Below, in pieces: positions 42,946-55,655 of a DNA stretch of 64,000 nucleotides (positions are counted from its first letter, which is position 1; every line of letters begins with the position of its first letter). The stretch comes from Laetmonice hystrix (taxonomy: Eukaryota), in assembly GCA_965235115.1 (NCBI GenBank), contig OZ249439.1, positions 23,684,001-23,748,000 on the forward strand, in the 5' to 3' direction. A program made the position numbers and the translations under genes. The notes under the pieces are model-generated. The model searched no databases, had not been told where the DNA came from, and saw nothing but the letters and a program-made list of their open reading frames with translations.

Positions 42946-45900
42946 GGCTCCGAGGGAGCGAGCATGGACTGTCTCAATTAATGGGCTGGTAGGCGTAGGT
43001 TTCTGAAATTTCGGGCAGACTTCCTGAATAGTAGGCTGATAGGGATAAAGTCCAGTTTACTCATAAGATAACAAATGATTATCCAATCGCTAACCTGCTT
43101 AGTAGCACACTTAATCAGTTTCTGAAAGATATGGCAAGAGTTCTCTATGACTCAATGAGGTCGCAAGGATTTCACATGATTTTTTATGTAACGGATCCAG
43201 GGAGGAAGGTTATGTTTATTTGTGTTTTTCAAAGTTTTAATTCAAATCTTTACCCCCATTGTTGCTGTTTTGCTCAATTGAGTACTTGGTTATGGTACAT
43301 TGTGTATTTTTTGTGGGAATTTATTATGTATGTATGGTTAGCTATACAATAATGTCATAATTATGTCTAACAGGTGCGTAGAATAAAAAAAATAGGGCTA
43401 TGAATAAAAGGGACTGAACTGTTTTATTTATGTTTAAGTTCATCTCAAAATGTCTATTTCGTTAACTATGAGTTGTTGGGGGGTCAAAAGTTTGAATTGA
43501 TTCCAGACCCAGTAGGATAAGGTTGTGAATAAGAACCTTCAATTCACCGGAGGTTTGGGGTGTTTTTAATAGGGCCTAGAGGTATTTACAAGCTTTCACA
43601 ACAGATGGCGGCACCGTCAGCAGGTCCTTACCACATAAGTTGTAAACCTGTTGTTATCATTTCTTAATAACTCGGACTCGCGACTTGACATTGAGCTAAC
43701 CGTAAAAGTAATGCCAGGTCTGTCATTATATCAAGCCCTTGCCAGGTTTCTCGACAGAAGCACGAGGTTGCCTCTTTTCTTGCTCACTTAATCTTCTGAT
43801 CGCTAGGACTTTGGAAAATGGTTGATCCCGCCCGAACTGATTTAGCCTATAATGTTCTATTCTAACTTTGTTGAGTGAGGTAGTGCCAATTGAACCATAG
43901 ACCACCCATTTAATTACTCACTCATACAATATAGTTATTTCGGGAACTATTTGTAATTAAGAGCATCGGGTATACACAGTAGTTCGGATGTTGCCCAGCA
44001 GGCCATAATGTGACATTGTGCAACTTTTGACGGTAAACGCTTCCCAACAGGAGGCGCTACCAGTCTAATCGAGGTAGGCCTATTCCCTCCATTCTAAAGC
44101 ATGCATTCTAATTGTATTGTCAGTGTGCAATTGCCTGGTAGGAATATTGCATGTGGATATGTTATAATGTATATAGGTTTAAGGCTGATAATTATGGGTG
44201 CGAAGTTTTGTCTATAGGCCTAGGTCCCTTAATAGTTTAGTGAAGTGTCAATTTATTTGGCTAATATTTGTGTGTCAGAATCCCCTAACTAGGCTTGGTT
44301 TAGGATGTAGGCCTACATATGGCATAGGCCCCATTTTGACACTTCATTGGATAATGATCTATAGTGTCAAGGTATTTCTTCATGTAGGCCTAGGCCTATA
44401 GGCGGTTTAGGAGGCTTCTAATTAGTACATCGGCCATAGGCTGCCCTCAAAGTTCCCTGGTGTGTGTCACGCGTGCATTGAACGCAGAACTCCACGCGTC
44501 CATGATAAGTTTAGCAGACAAACTGAATGCAGACATTGATACTGAATGACGTCTGGTTTATATTAGGTCTACAGTGCCAATACTTCAGTCGTAACCCGGT
44601 GACGAGTGGTCTGTGTTCGGGGGCGGTAGCACGGGTAATACGAGAACGGTTTCACCCAGACAATTTAACACAACTTTACGTCTTTCCGCCGCCATCTCGA
44701 CTTCCGCTTGTGGTACGCACCCCTGCCAACGTCAACCGAGAGAAGGATGTCTGTTAGTTGTGGTCGTTCGCCTGGAAGATGACTGTCAGTATCCATCAGG
44801 TAAATGGTACTTGAAACGGGACAGGGTCGTGGTCAGGTGCAAGGGAGGGGTCTTTCCAATTAATTAGAAACATGTGCATTGCAAAACTTCGTCTTTTATC
44901 TTGTCACGTGTCATGATTATAAATGAGTATTTCCTACTTGGTCTACAATCTAAGATCTCTTGAGTCCATGGTTATAAAAACACCGCTGAGGCTGTATACA
45001 GATCTGCTCGTTTTCAAGACCGAACCCGGGACCTTACTGAAATAAGTCTAGGCAGTGGGTGATCAACAGACATTGTTCCATGCCTGGAGTAGAACCTAGA
45101 TCTATGATACAGAGTTGTTCCGTGCTCCTCCGGTTGTTAGCGACACGCGCTCTCTCTGGCGGAGAATACCTGACGCAGACCAGCGACACCTATATGGCGA
45201 TCACACGACCATCGGCCTAAATTAGTAGCTGTGAGACCAATCTGCCACATGGCCATGTGGAAAATGGTCAGCCAGCTAGGACAAACCGGAACCACATTAT
45301 GAATAAAGTAAGTGAAACCTTTTGCAATATATGTTTTGAAATCGAAACACAGGTAGGCTATCTTGACAATGTTTGCTGAATCCATGCTTTCTCCGCAAGA
45401 GGCCGCTTCAAGGAAGATATCGTAAGTGGTGCCATCTGTAGTCGAAAATAGTTGTTGACAAACGTGTTGAGTCAACAGAGGCACACACAGGGCGCGGGCG
45501 TCAAGCGGCACGCAGGCGTCAAGTGGCACGCGGGCATCCGAACGCGGCTTTTATATCACATGACTCTAAACGGAAACGAGCGACACACTTTTCTACGTTT
45601 TTGTAACAGTTTTTTTTCCAACTGCAACTAAGCAACACAAATCAATGTGCCAACCCCGATACATCAATAATTATATATTGACAATTGCTTAATATTAATT
45701 TCTCTTGCATTCTACCTTGCCTTAATCCTTTACATGCTTCCACTACTCTTTACTTATGGTTAATTATATGGAAACACTTCCAAAATACTTATAACAAAAT
45801 GTTCCGTCCCTGAGGTGATGATTTTAATATTATTGGGGCTGTGGTGGTCACATGGCACACAAAGAAATTGAAACACATGTGGCTCAAAAACCTGCTGTGT

Positions 45901-46900
45901 GATCTCTTTTACATGTCACTTGTGTTAATCAGTTTCTCTGGTTACTTCTGCCTTTATATAATAGATGTAACGGAGCTGATGTTTGAATAAAAGCTACTAA
46001 TCTGTTTTTCCATTTTTGTTTAAAGGGTGTGGAAGGGAATCTCCCTCTAGTCTAGCGTTGACCTAAATACCGCATGTACACCCGGAAGTCACGTGATCAC
46101 GCGTCATCCTCGCCCGACCGCGGCCAACTCAAATATCCTGTGGGCCGCTCGCTAATTCTGAGCTACGTATTTGCGAGAGATTTGGCATATTTTCCTTACT
46201 AAATACTGGTCGCTGGGCCATAACAGTCTCACATGATGTTACTGGGAGTCCAAGGTATGCGAATCATATGTTTCTAAGACTGCCATAAATCGAAAAAATT
46301 AAATTTTACGGCTCCCTTTAAAATGTAGCCTGTCTCTGTCTTCCCGATAGCTTTATGATTGTGTTATTATAGAAGGTCTAAAGTGCACCACCGAACCTCC
46401 CGCGGCCAGGCATGTGCTTATCATCCATTTATTGGAAGAACAACTGATATTTGAAAGTGACTTCTTCTTTTTCAAAAGGCAGTCACTCAGTGTAAAAAGT
46501 AAGACCCAAATAAAAGAATAGATGGATGTCTGAGAAAACGTGCATGTGAAGACATTTTTCACGGTGTGTTCACTAAGTAACGCTTAAAGTCTGAAAATCT
46601 TGTGCGAGAGACAGAAAGACAGGAAAAAAACTATTTCAGGCATTACGGCAATGTTAGTGGCCAGGAAGACTCCACAGACTCCTTTTTAAAGGTTCTTAAT
46701 GTTCAGACGCTTTATCCGTGCACCAACACCTCTTAGTCAGCATGTAACCTTATCCTGATGAAGACAAGTTTTAACATTTCAATACCACTACAACTTATTC
46801 CCGTTTCTCCGTCCACTGACACATCAGTTTTGACTGTCATGACGCAGAGGTATAGAATCTATTGAAGTCAGGAACAGATTTTGTGTTGTGTGCCGAGCAT

Positions 46901-48706
46901 AATCGTTAAATATCGGGTATTTACTTGGGCCAGTCATCGCCCCCGTTATAATCGTTATATATTAGGCCACTTAAAATTAATAAATTGTTTTACATGACTC
47001 CAACTTCTGAAATGTTGGTGAGTAGGGCATTTTATATTTTATATTTTTCCTCGACAAGAAGAAGGACAGCATAGATCACCAATACTGGAAAAATACTTTT
47101 AATTTCTCAATATCTCAACATTTTGTACAGCCCTTCTATACCTTGAGGGTCACTTTAACTGTAACACCCTGACAGAACTGTGGGAGACTAGGTTTAACAA
47201 GAAATTTTAAAGCTAGAATACTGAACATTAAAAAAGCCAACAATTGAAGTTTCAAAAGATATGCACATAGAGTCCTCAATACCAAATATGTACCCACTGA
47301 AGGAATTGAAGGATAGAAGGATACACCACCGATAGATGGCGCGCGGCGTGCGCTTGCACTGACGATCTCTAACGGTTTTGGGGATGAAAAAAACGGACTT
47401 TTTGAAAGTTATAAAATATTAAAAAAATCGAGGCGGCGCCAAAAAATTGAGGCGGCCGGCCATGTAAAACAATTTATTAATTTTAAGTGGCCTTATATCG
47501 GGTATTTACTTGGGCCAGTCATCGCCCCCGTTATAATCGTTATATATCGGGTATTTACTTGGGCCAGTCATCGCTCCCGTTATAATCGTTATATATTATA
47601 TCGGGTATTTACTTGGGCCAGTCATCGCCCCCGTTATAATCGTTATATATCGGGTATTTACTTGGGCCAGTCGTCGCTCCCGTTATAATCGTTATATATC
47701 GGGTATTTACTTGGGCCAGTCATCGCCCCCGTTATAATCGTTATATATCGGGTATTTACTTGGGCCAGTCATCGCCCCCGTTATAATCGTTAAATATCGG
47801 GTATTTACTTGGGCCAATCATCGCCCCCGTTATAATCGTTATGTATCGGGTATTTACTTGTGCCAGTCATCGCCCCCGTTATAATCGTTATATATCGGGT
47901 ATTTACTTGGGCCAGTCATCGCCCCCGTTATAATCGTTATATATCGGGTATTTACTTGGGCCAGTCATCGCCCCCGTTATAATCGTTAAATATCGGGTAT
48001 TTACTTGGGCCAATCATCGCCCCCGTTATAATCGTTATATATCGGGTATTTACTTGGGCCAGTCATCGCCCCCGTTATAATCGTTATATATCGGGTATTT
48101 ACTTGGGCCAATCATCGCCCCCGTTATAATCGTTATATATCGGGTATTTACTTGAGCCAGTCATCGCCCCCGTTATAATCGTTATATATCGGGTATTTAC
48201 TTGGGCCAGTCATCGCCCCGTTATAATCGTTATATATCGGGTATTTACTTGGGCCAGTCATCGCCCCCGTTATAATCGTTATATATCGGGTATTTACTTG
48301 GGCCAGTCATCGCCCCGTTATAATCGTTATATATCGGGTATTTACTTGGGCCAGTCATCGCCCCGTTATAATCGTTATATATCGGGTATTTACTTGGGCC
48401 AGTCATCGCCCCCGTTATAATCGTTATATATCGGGTATTTACTTGAGCCAGTCATCGCCCCGTTATAATCGTTATATATCGGGTATTTACTTGAGCCAGT
48501 CATCGCCCCGTTATAATCGTTATATATCGGGTATTTACTTGGGCCAGTCATCGCCCCGTTATAATCGTTATATATCGGGTATTTACTTGGGCCATCATCG
48601 CCCCCGTTATAATCGTTATATATCGGGTATTTACTTGGGCCAGTCATCGCCCCCGTTATAATCGTTATATATCTGGTATTTACTTGAGCCAGTCATCGCC
48701 CCCGTT
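46901..48706. repeat. 48/49-bp minisatellite (~26 copies), interrupted by a MITE after the first unit
   Basis: tatatcgggtatttacttgggccagtcatcgcccccgttataatcgtta. Confidence 0.96.
46965..47492. mobile_element. PIF/Harbinger-type MITE (528 bp)
   Basis: Perfect 32-bp TIR ggccacttaaaattaataaattgttttacatg with TTA on both sides; the empty-site variant gttatatattatatcggg is present in the array at ~47588. Confidence 0.9.
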
Positions 48707-50679
48707 TTCGCCACCATCCGCCCCCCCCCCTCCCACTCATTCCGAGGACCAATAATAATTCGATTGTAGATTTTCGGAATACGTCCTCAGACTATCGGCT
48801 CTGAAGGCCACTACTTTTTCACTAATCGTACACCCCCCCCGTAATTATGCTTTCATTAAATATGCACTCACCGCCAATTTAATCAAATGTCTGTTTTTTC
48901 TCCCTGAGTGAGATGATTCTGTTAATTGCCATTCCATTTTCTCTAGGGATCGGAGGATAGGACGAGTGGAAGATTTGCCTGAGAAATGATTAGTTGTAAT
49001 GATTTTACCTGCTATCGTCACTGATCAGAATATGGGGAAATTCGCCCTGATTTAAATACCAGGTTTTCTGAATTCATAAACAGGTAATAGGTATATTAAA
49101 TATATAAAATGTCTTGTACTTTTTTATAATCTTTTTTTTGGTAGTGAACTCGACAATATGAAATCACGTGTGCAAATGGATATGCGACGGCTTTCCATAG
49201 CTCTTAAGTTCCAGTGGACTAATGAGTTAATTGTCGGCACAGAAATTCTCAGCGTATTAATGAGAGAGACTACCTCATTGTAAATAGTGAATGCTGTGTT
49301 CTAGCTAATTGGTACCGGTTTTTAAATTCACCGAAACAAAAGAGAAAAAAAAATAAAAAAGGCACCTAGAAGCTGTAATGTATATCAAAACTGCCGATCC
49401 AGACGTATATACGCATACGTTAACTTTATGGTGTTCATTATGCATGGAAAAAAACTGAGCCACCTTTTTTTCAATCTGCGTCAGTCTTAAGAAAAACCCT
49501 ATCCCTATTATACTGGCCATACCTGGCTGATCATCTAAGATGAGTGGTGAGGGGTTGTACTAGGAGCTCCATGATCGAAGGATCCATGATCTAAGAACGA
49601 ACCGTTAGACGGGGTTTCCCGGCCAGGTCCGGAGCTCGGGCAATACCAGACCATCTCTATTCACGTCGGGATTTAGGAGCAGATTTAGGTAAGCCAGCCG
49701 GCACAGACCAGGCTGAGGTTGAAGGAAGGGTGGGTGGGGGTGGGGGTGTTGGTGGTGGACGGGGCGTGCCAAGGTGCCCTTTCCGTACTTGTGCATTTCT
49801 ATTTGTATTCTAAACCAAAGTTTTGAAAGGCTGCGATTCTTCATTTCTTACAGTAGGCCTGTATTACCACCCTTGGTGACGTTTTTATATTGTATTTGAA
49901 TAAGTAATAATGATAGGCCTCGGTTACACTGTTTTTTGCAAGTTGTGCATAGATCACCTATCTGGATGATTTGGTTTTATGTATACGCTACACGAATAGG
50001 TAGCTTGGCGTAGGCTAATTTTTATTTAACTATTGAACAGTTTACATCTGAGCATAAATGGATGGAAAAAGACGGTTAATAACGTTACAAGCAACATTTC
50101 CGTGTTTGCTTGTTCTGTTTCAATGTAGGATATGTAAGCCTACTTACCAGGTACACGTCAAAGAATGAATATACATCAGATGTCATTTTCCCGTTACATT
50201 GTGTCTGATAATAGCGATGCTATGACCACACAAAAGGGTATACAACGAGCACACGCAGTCTTCGTTACCAAAGTGATCCCCTGCTCGTAATTTCAGGAGT
50301 TAGTAGAAAAAACTTTTGCAAACGCATTATTTGTTGTCACCACGTATCCTGTACAGTTAGCGAAAGTTATCATTCAATAGAATACTATGAACAGGGTGAA
50401 TTGTGATGCGCCACGAACTTTCTTGGATTTCTAAACCAGAAAGAGCGTATCGATTTCTGAGGGGAATGTTTACCCCGAACAATACGTGACAGATTTTGAT
50501 TATTTACGTTATTCCATAATATCTATCAAGGATCTTTGTATACACTATCGAAATACGCAGCCATAGTATGTAATTCAGGAAACAGATGCGCAGTATTGCA
50601 CATCTTATACCTTAATTTACATGTAAAAAAACGGTAGTATAGGTAAAACGCATTTCGTCCGCTGTTCATAATGCGGTAC

Positions 50680-50680
<1 letters not shown>

Positions 50681-50716
<36 letters not shown>
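50681..50716. repeat. (AGC)12 microsatellite
   Basis: Direct reading. Confidence 0.95.
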
Positions 50717-50899
50717 TGCTGCTATCAGATGGTTTCACTCATTCTGCGTATCTAAAGGGCCTTGCCCATGAATGCGATTTTTGTTGTGCGACTCTTATGC
50801 GTCTTTTGTCACATTTATTTCGATTTTGCATTAAATGATGAAACCCTTTTGCAGAATAAGGTGTGAATCACAAACAAAATGTTATGGGTACTATAGGTC

Positions 50900-52422
50900 A
50901 AGCGATAATCGCTTTAGTGGATATGGACAAGCGACTGGGATCGTTTGACCATCGTTTGGTAGAGCAGTATCGGTTTATTGTCGTACCACTGTTTGGAAAC
51001 TAAAAACCAGGGTCTGGTCCACTAAGGCGATTTCCCTTGCGACAGCCATGCGATTTTTGATTTAATTGTGGAATGTCACTCTGAAATCTTTTCTGGTTGG
51101 CCTTTCCTGTTTCAGGAGATGAGTTCCATCCTTTAATCTCAAAATCAGAGTAAAAGCCGATTTTTCACACGACTTGAAAATCGGCTTAGTACACATGATG
51201 CTTTAAGAATTTCAAGTGCTGTCAGACAAGTTTGATATTATCGCCCCACTAGCCTATGGACACACGCAACATCGACTGGCTAAGCGACAGTTCAGTCATA
51301 TCCACTAAGGCGATAGCGAGACGATAATCGCCTTAGTGGATATGACCCTCGCTGAACAGGAAAGGCCAACCAGAAAAGATTTCAGAGTGACATTCCACCA
51401 TTAAATCATGGCTGTCACAAGGGAAATCGTCTTAGTGGACCAGATCCTGGTTTTTAGTTTCCAAACTGAGTCTTAAAGTGGCATCGTTAGTATCTTCGAG
51501 AATAAAACACTTACCTGTCCCCTATAGTCACCTATTGACATATATATGAAGAAACACTGTTACTGTTACTATTACTAGGACTCGGACCGAAGCTAAAACA
51601 TGATAATTAGCACGAGTTTGAATTTGCCTTCGCTCTCCGGAAGGGGCGCTGTAAATGACGTCGAACAACATCCCATAAATATTCCTAGGTCTTCAGGTAT
51701 CGCTCCACCATATTTGATCATCACCATTATACGCTTGCTTTGTAAATATGCCTCCGAGGGCTTTTAAGCGACGAAAGTCGATGTATGCAGCAGAATCAGC
51801 TAAAAAGCTGAGAAAGGAGTTGGACAGAAGACGTGACAGTGCTCGTGTCATTGAAATAGATCGGTGGATGGCCTTGAAACCCCACGCTCCAAGAAAAGAT
51901 TTCAGAGTGACATTCCACCATTAAATAAAAAATCGCATGGCTGTCGCAAGGGAAATCGTCTTAGTGGACCAGATCCTGGTTTTTAGTTTCCAAACTGAGT
52001 CTTAAAGTGGCATCGTTAGTATCTTCGAAAATAAAACACTTACCTGTCCCCTATAGTCACCTATTGACATATATATGAAGAAACACTGTTACTGTTACTA
52101 TTACTAGGACTTGGACCGAAGCTAAAACATGATAATTAGCACGAGTTTGAATTTGCCTCCGCTCTCCGGAAGGGGCGCTGTAAATAACGTCGAACAACAT
52201 CCCATAAATATTCCTAGGTCTTCAGGTATCGCTCCACCATATTTGATCATCACCATTATACGCTTGCTTTGTAAATATGCCTCCGAGGGGTTTTAAGTGA
52301 CGAAAGTCGATGTATGCAGCAGAATCAGCTAAAAAGCTGAGAAAGGAGTTGGGCAGAAGACGTGACAGTGCTCGTGTCATTGAAATAGATCGGTGGATGG
52401 CCTTGAAACCCCACGCTCCAAG
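50900..52422. repeat. Composite repeat: ~120-bp inverted repeat (50991-51111 / 51355-51466), 20-bp perfect hairpin (51295-51346), and ~520-bp direct duplication (51372-51893 / 51892-52422)
   Basis: Sequence matches read directly; motif ATCG(C/T)C(T/C)TAGTGGA recurs in both orientations, typical of DNA-transposon subterminal repeats. Confidence 0.85.
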
Positions 52423-53140
52423 CGTCACCTTAGACTGTGAGAGGCGCGCAGCACTGAAACTCAGTGTGGGAATTCCCCTGTTAGTATACGGTTATCGAAA
52501 ATGGCCAAGCGGTTCGAAGGCAGAGCGTTAGATTGCAACGGAGCCAGCTGAGCATTCTCACATTACATTTGGTTGGTCTCACTTCAATTTATTTGAGTTT
52601 TACATGTGACGCTGATTTATATGGCAGGGTGTCGATATTACAGGTTTTAAAAACAGTGGAACTTTAAGATTTAAATCTTAAGACTGAACTATTTTCTCAG
52701 AGCTTCTGATTAGTTCTTCAAATGAAGCCAGCCAGTGAGAGACCATAACACAAGTCAGTCTTAAAATTCCAGTCTTAAGATTGGCAAAATGACAAACTAA
52801 AAACCGGCGATTGTCTTTTCGACGGCTAGGCGATTTTGACATCACGCTATTGTTTTACTGTGATTTTAAAATTAAAGAATAGAACACAAGAAGCAGGGAA
52901 GGATAGCCATTACAAATAGCAGAGTGAGTCCTCATTTAAATAAAACGTCAGGATGGAGGTTTGGGATGTCGCTCATTAATCCGTGCTCTTTTACCATTCT
53001 CAATTTAAAACGAGTCAGTATTCTGCATGTTTTACAATCCGACCATATTTTATGGGCAATAAATCATATTAAATCATAAATGAGGGTTGACTGGTATAAA
53101 CCCAGTACAACTGGGTCGGCCTAACCCAACTTTTGTCCAG

Positions 53141-53208
53141 CCTTCAGGCGCCTTCAGACGCCTTCAGGCGCCTTCAGGCGCCTTCAGACGCCTTCAGGCG
53201 CCTTCAGG
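53141..53208. repeat. 10-bp tandem repeat x7 (ccttcag(g/a)cg; ABA pattern)
   Basis: Direct reading. Confidence 0.93.
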
Positions 53209-53887
53209 TGTTGTATTTGAGAATATCGGGAGAACTAGAACTAGAATAGCCGGGCTCCGAGTCGGTCTCCCCATGGACGGAAGAGCTTTTCTCTGGACCA
53301 GGATATACGAAACCGAAGTGTATCCTACACCTGAACATCCGGCAAGGCATAGGTGTCTACTTGTAAGGATACAACAAACTAAGTCCAACCGGCGGGAGGT
53401 AAGATAGGATTACATTCAGACAATCCTACGACATCTCGAAGGCCTCCCTCCCTGGGTGTTTACGAGATGCAAGCGTTTTCCAATCCCTGAATGCCGGGGC
53501 CCCGGTATGACCAAGCGAATACAGAAATCATGATTTATTTGGTAATCATGAAATTATTGGCCATAATTTGTCGGGTTTTTTTTCAGGAGGACGTATAAAT
53601 ACACGTCCCGGTCCGCACGCGTGATGGTCGAGGCCCCGGATCATGCATATTGATTGACGATGAACTCTGAATTAGGTGATTTAAAAGAACGTAGCGACCT
53701 CTTCAGAATACAGTTGGAAGCAAAATGGGGTTTACGGGGGGGGGGGGGGGACTACCCTGGATTTCCCTGAGCATCCCATGTTTTCAAAATTGATAAAAAA
53801 TGAAATAAATAAATTAAAACAAAGATGACATGCAGTAGATTTTAAATGGGATTTAAAGGTACATGTGTACATAAATACAACCTATGT

Positions 53888-54162
53888 CAGGGCCGGATCC
53901 AGGATTCTTAGAAAGGGGGGGGGCGTAGCCCCTGGAGAAGATTGCGAGCGCCGAAGGCGCAAAGCCCCAGGGGGGTCTGGGGGACCTCCCCCCGAAAAAT
54001 TTGAAAATTCATGTTTGTCAGATGCATTTTCCCGGCATCTGAGAAAAGAACTGTTCCTTTTTTTCAGGGGGCAAAGTACTGGTAAAATTCCAGTCTAAAA
54101 AATCATTACTCTGCCAAAAATAGGGGGGCGTACGCCCCCCACGCCCCCTGGATCCGGCCCTG
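53888..54162. mobile_element. MITE with 16-bp TIR CAGGGCCGGATCCAGG (hAT-like ends)
   Basis: Perfect inverted termini; tatgt flanks both sides (5 bp, not the 8 bp expected for hAT, so the superfamily is uncertain). Confidence 0.78.
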
Positions 54163-55444
54163 TATGTACATCAAAAATAAGCCAGTTCCTACCTCTCACT
54201 ACCGTCGTGTGTCTAAGATGTGTTTGAGATCCTCCGCAATGCCAAACGGGTCAAAGGAAACACTTGTCTACCGGTTTTTCATTTGAAAATGACAATCGAT
54301 AAATAACAATCATCCCTTCAACTCCAATTTAACATGTGAAATTGAGACAGGAATTCCGTCACGTGACCCTGAGACAATATCATTACGGGGAACACCCCAT
54401 CAACCGTTCGGGATTCCCTCGGCCATATGATGTGTATAGCGAGGCAACAACGTGACACATGTAATTGTTTATGCTACAGAATCTCTCGGTTTGACGGATT
54501 AAGACCAAACAAGTAGATACTTGTATCATGATACTATCGTAGTATTGCCCACTGACTTTATAAGGAGCACTCTATTTCAGTTGCTGCCATGCCTGGTGCA
54601 GACCAAACACCGCAAGCACTGCCATGATGGCCATAGTCCCGGTCAGTGTACCCACCATGCAATGCTCAAAATGGCGCTGAATTCACCCGAAGTTTCTTTC
54701 GAGCAGAAATGACCGGGGGATTCTGGATGCCCCGTTATCCACCATCGACCGTCAGATCGGCCGCTGTGGTTCGTAGACTAGGCCTAGATTCACAAACTGC
54801 CTCGTTGACGCAATAAACTCCCATCATGCACTAGGCAGTTAGGAGGAGAGTAAACAAAACAAGTTCACTCGTCGTGAATGGAATTCCGTTAGACCTTCTG
54901 AAGTTGTCTCTATCACGGGCAAATAGAGACTTACTGAGGTAAAATAGTGTCAAGGATGAAAAGATCCATGCATGCAGTCAGGAGCATCCCTAAACTTCCG
55001 GGACAAATAGAAAATTAGGTTGCCTTAAGATGTTAATACAATTTTAGTTCCCGGATAGATCTATTCCTTTTTAAAACGGTTGGCAAGTCTGTTGCTATTA
55101 TTCACGACTGAAGGATTACAACTGTCATAGCACACCTGTTTAGATGGCAGAACTTGAATACCTTAGAAGACTTACAAGAGACGAATCTCCATAAATCATA
55201 TTTTTTGGGAAGTATTGCTCTGTTTGCAAGCCTCGAGGTTACATTTGCAGAGGAATAGGATAACCTTTCTAAAGAATAACCCACACGCTATAGCCTGGGC
55301 AACCTTAGAACAGAGTCAGTAGGACCGTCGGTCAGTGTAAAGGTGAACGAGACAACGGTCGCTTTCTGTGGCTGTCCATAGGTGGCGCTGCTCATAGTCC
55401 AGTTTCAGCTCTTGGTACCAATTCTCTCGGTGTCAGCAGTGTTA

Positions 55445-55655
55445 AGGCTGGATTCCACTTAACCGATTTACATCCGATTGGCCATCCGATTGACGATAAA
55501 ATGTATCTGATATTTGCGGCCAACGAAAAATATACATCTGATCTTTACAAAGTAAATGTCCTTTAATGATTTGATGACACAAATTACAATAATTTCAGAA
55601 GTTAAGAAAATCGGATGGCCGATCGGATGTAAATCGGCTTTGTGGAATTCAGCCT
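55445..55655. mobile_element. PIF/Harbinger-type MITE (211 bp)
   Basis: ~47-bp imperfect TIR aggctg(g/a)attccac...ccgatttacatccgat(t/c)ggccatccgatt; TTA on both sides. Confidence 0.85.

Noticed and set aside
48390-48661. Repeat ORFs (MTGPSKYPIYNDYNG...)
   Set aside because: Translation of 48-bp minisatellite variants.
49605-49844. Proline/histidine-rich ORF
   Set aside because: Driven by a G-rich low-complexity tract; no family motif or consistent splice partners.
50526-50738. Poly-Cys ORF
   Set aside because: Reverse translation of an (AGC)12 microsatellite.
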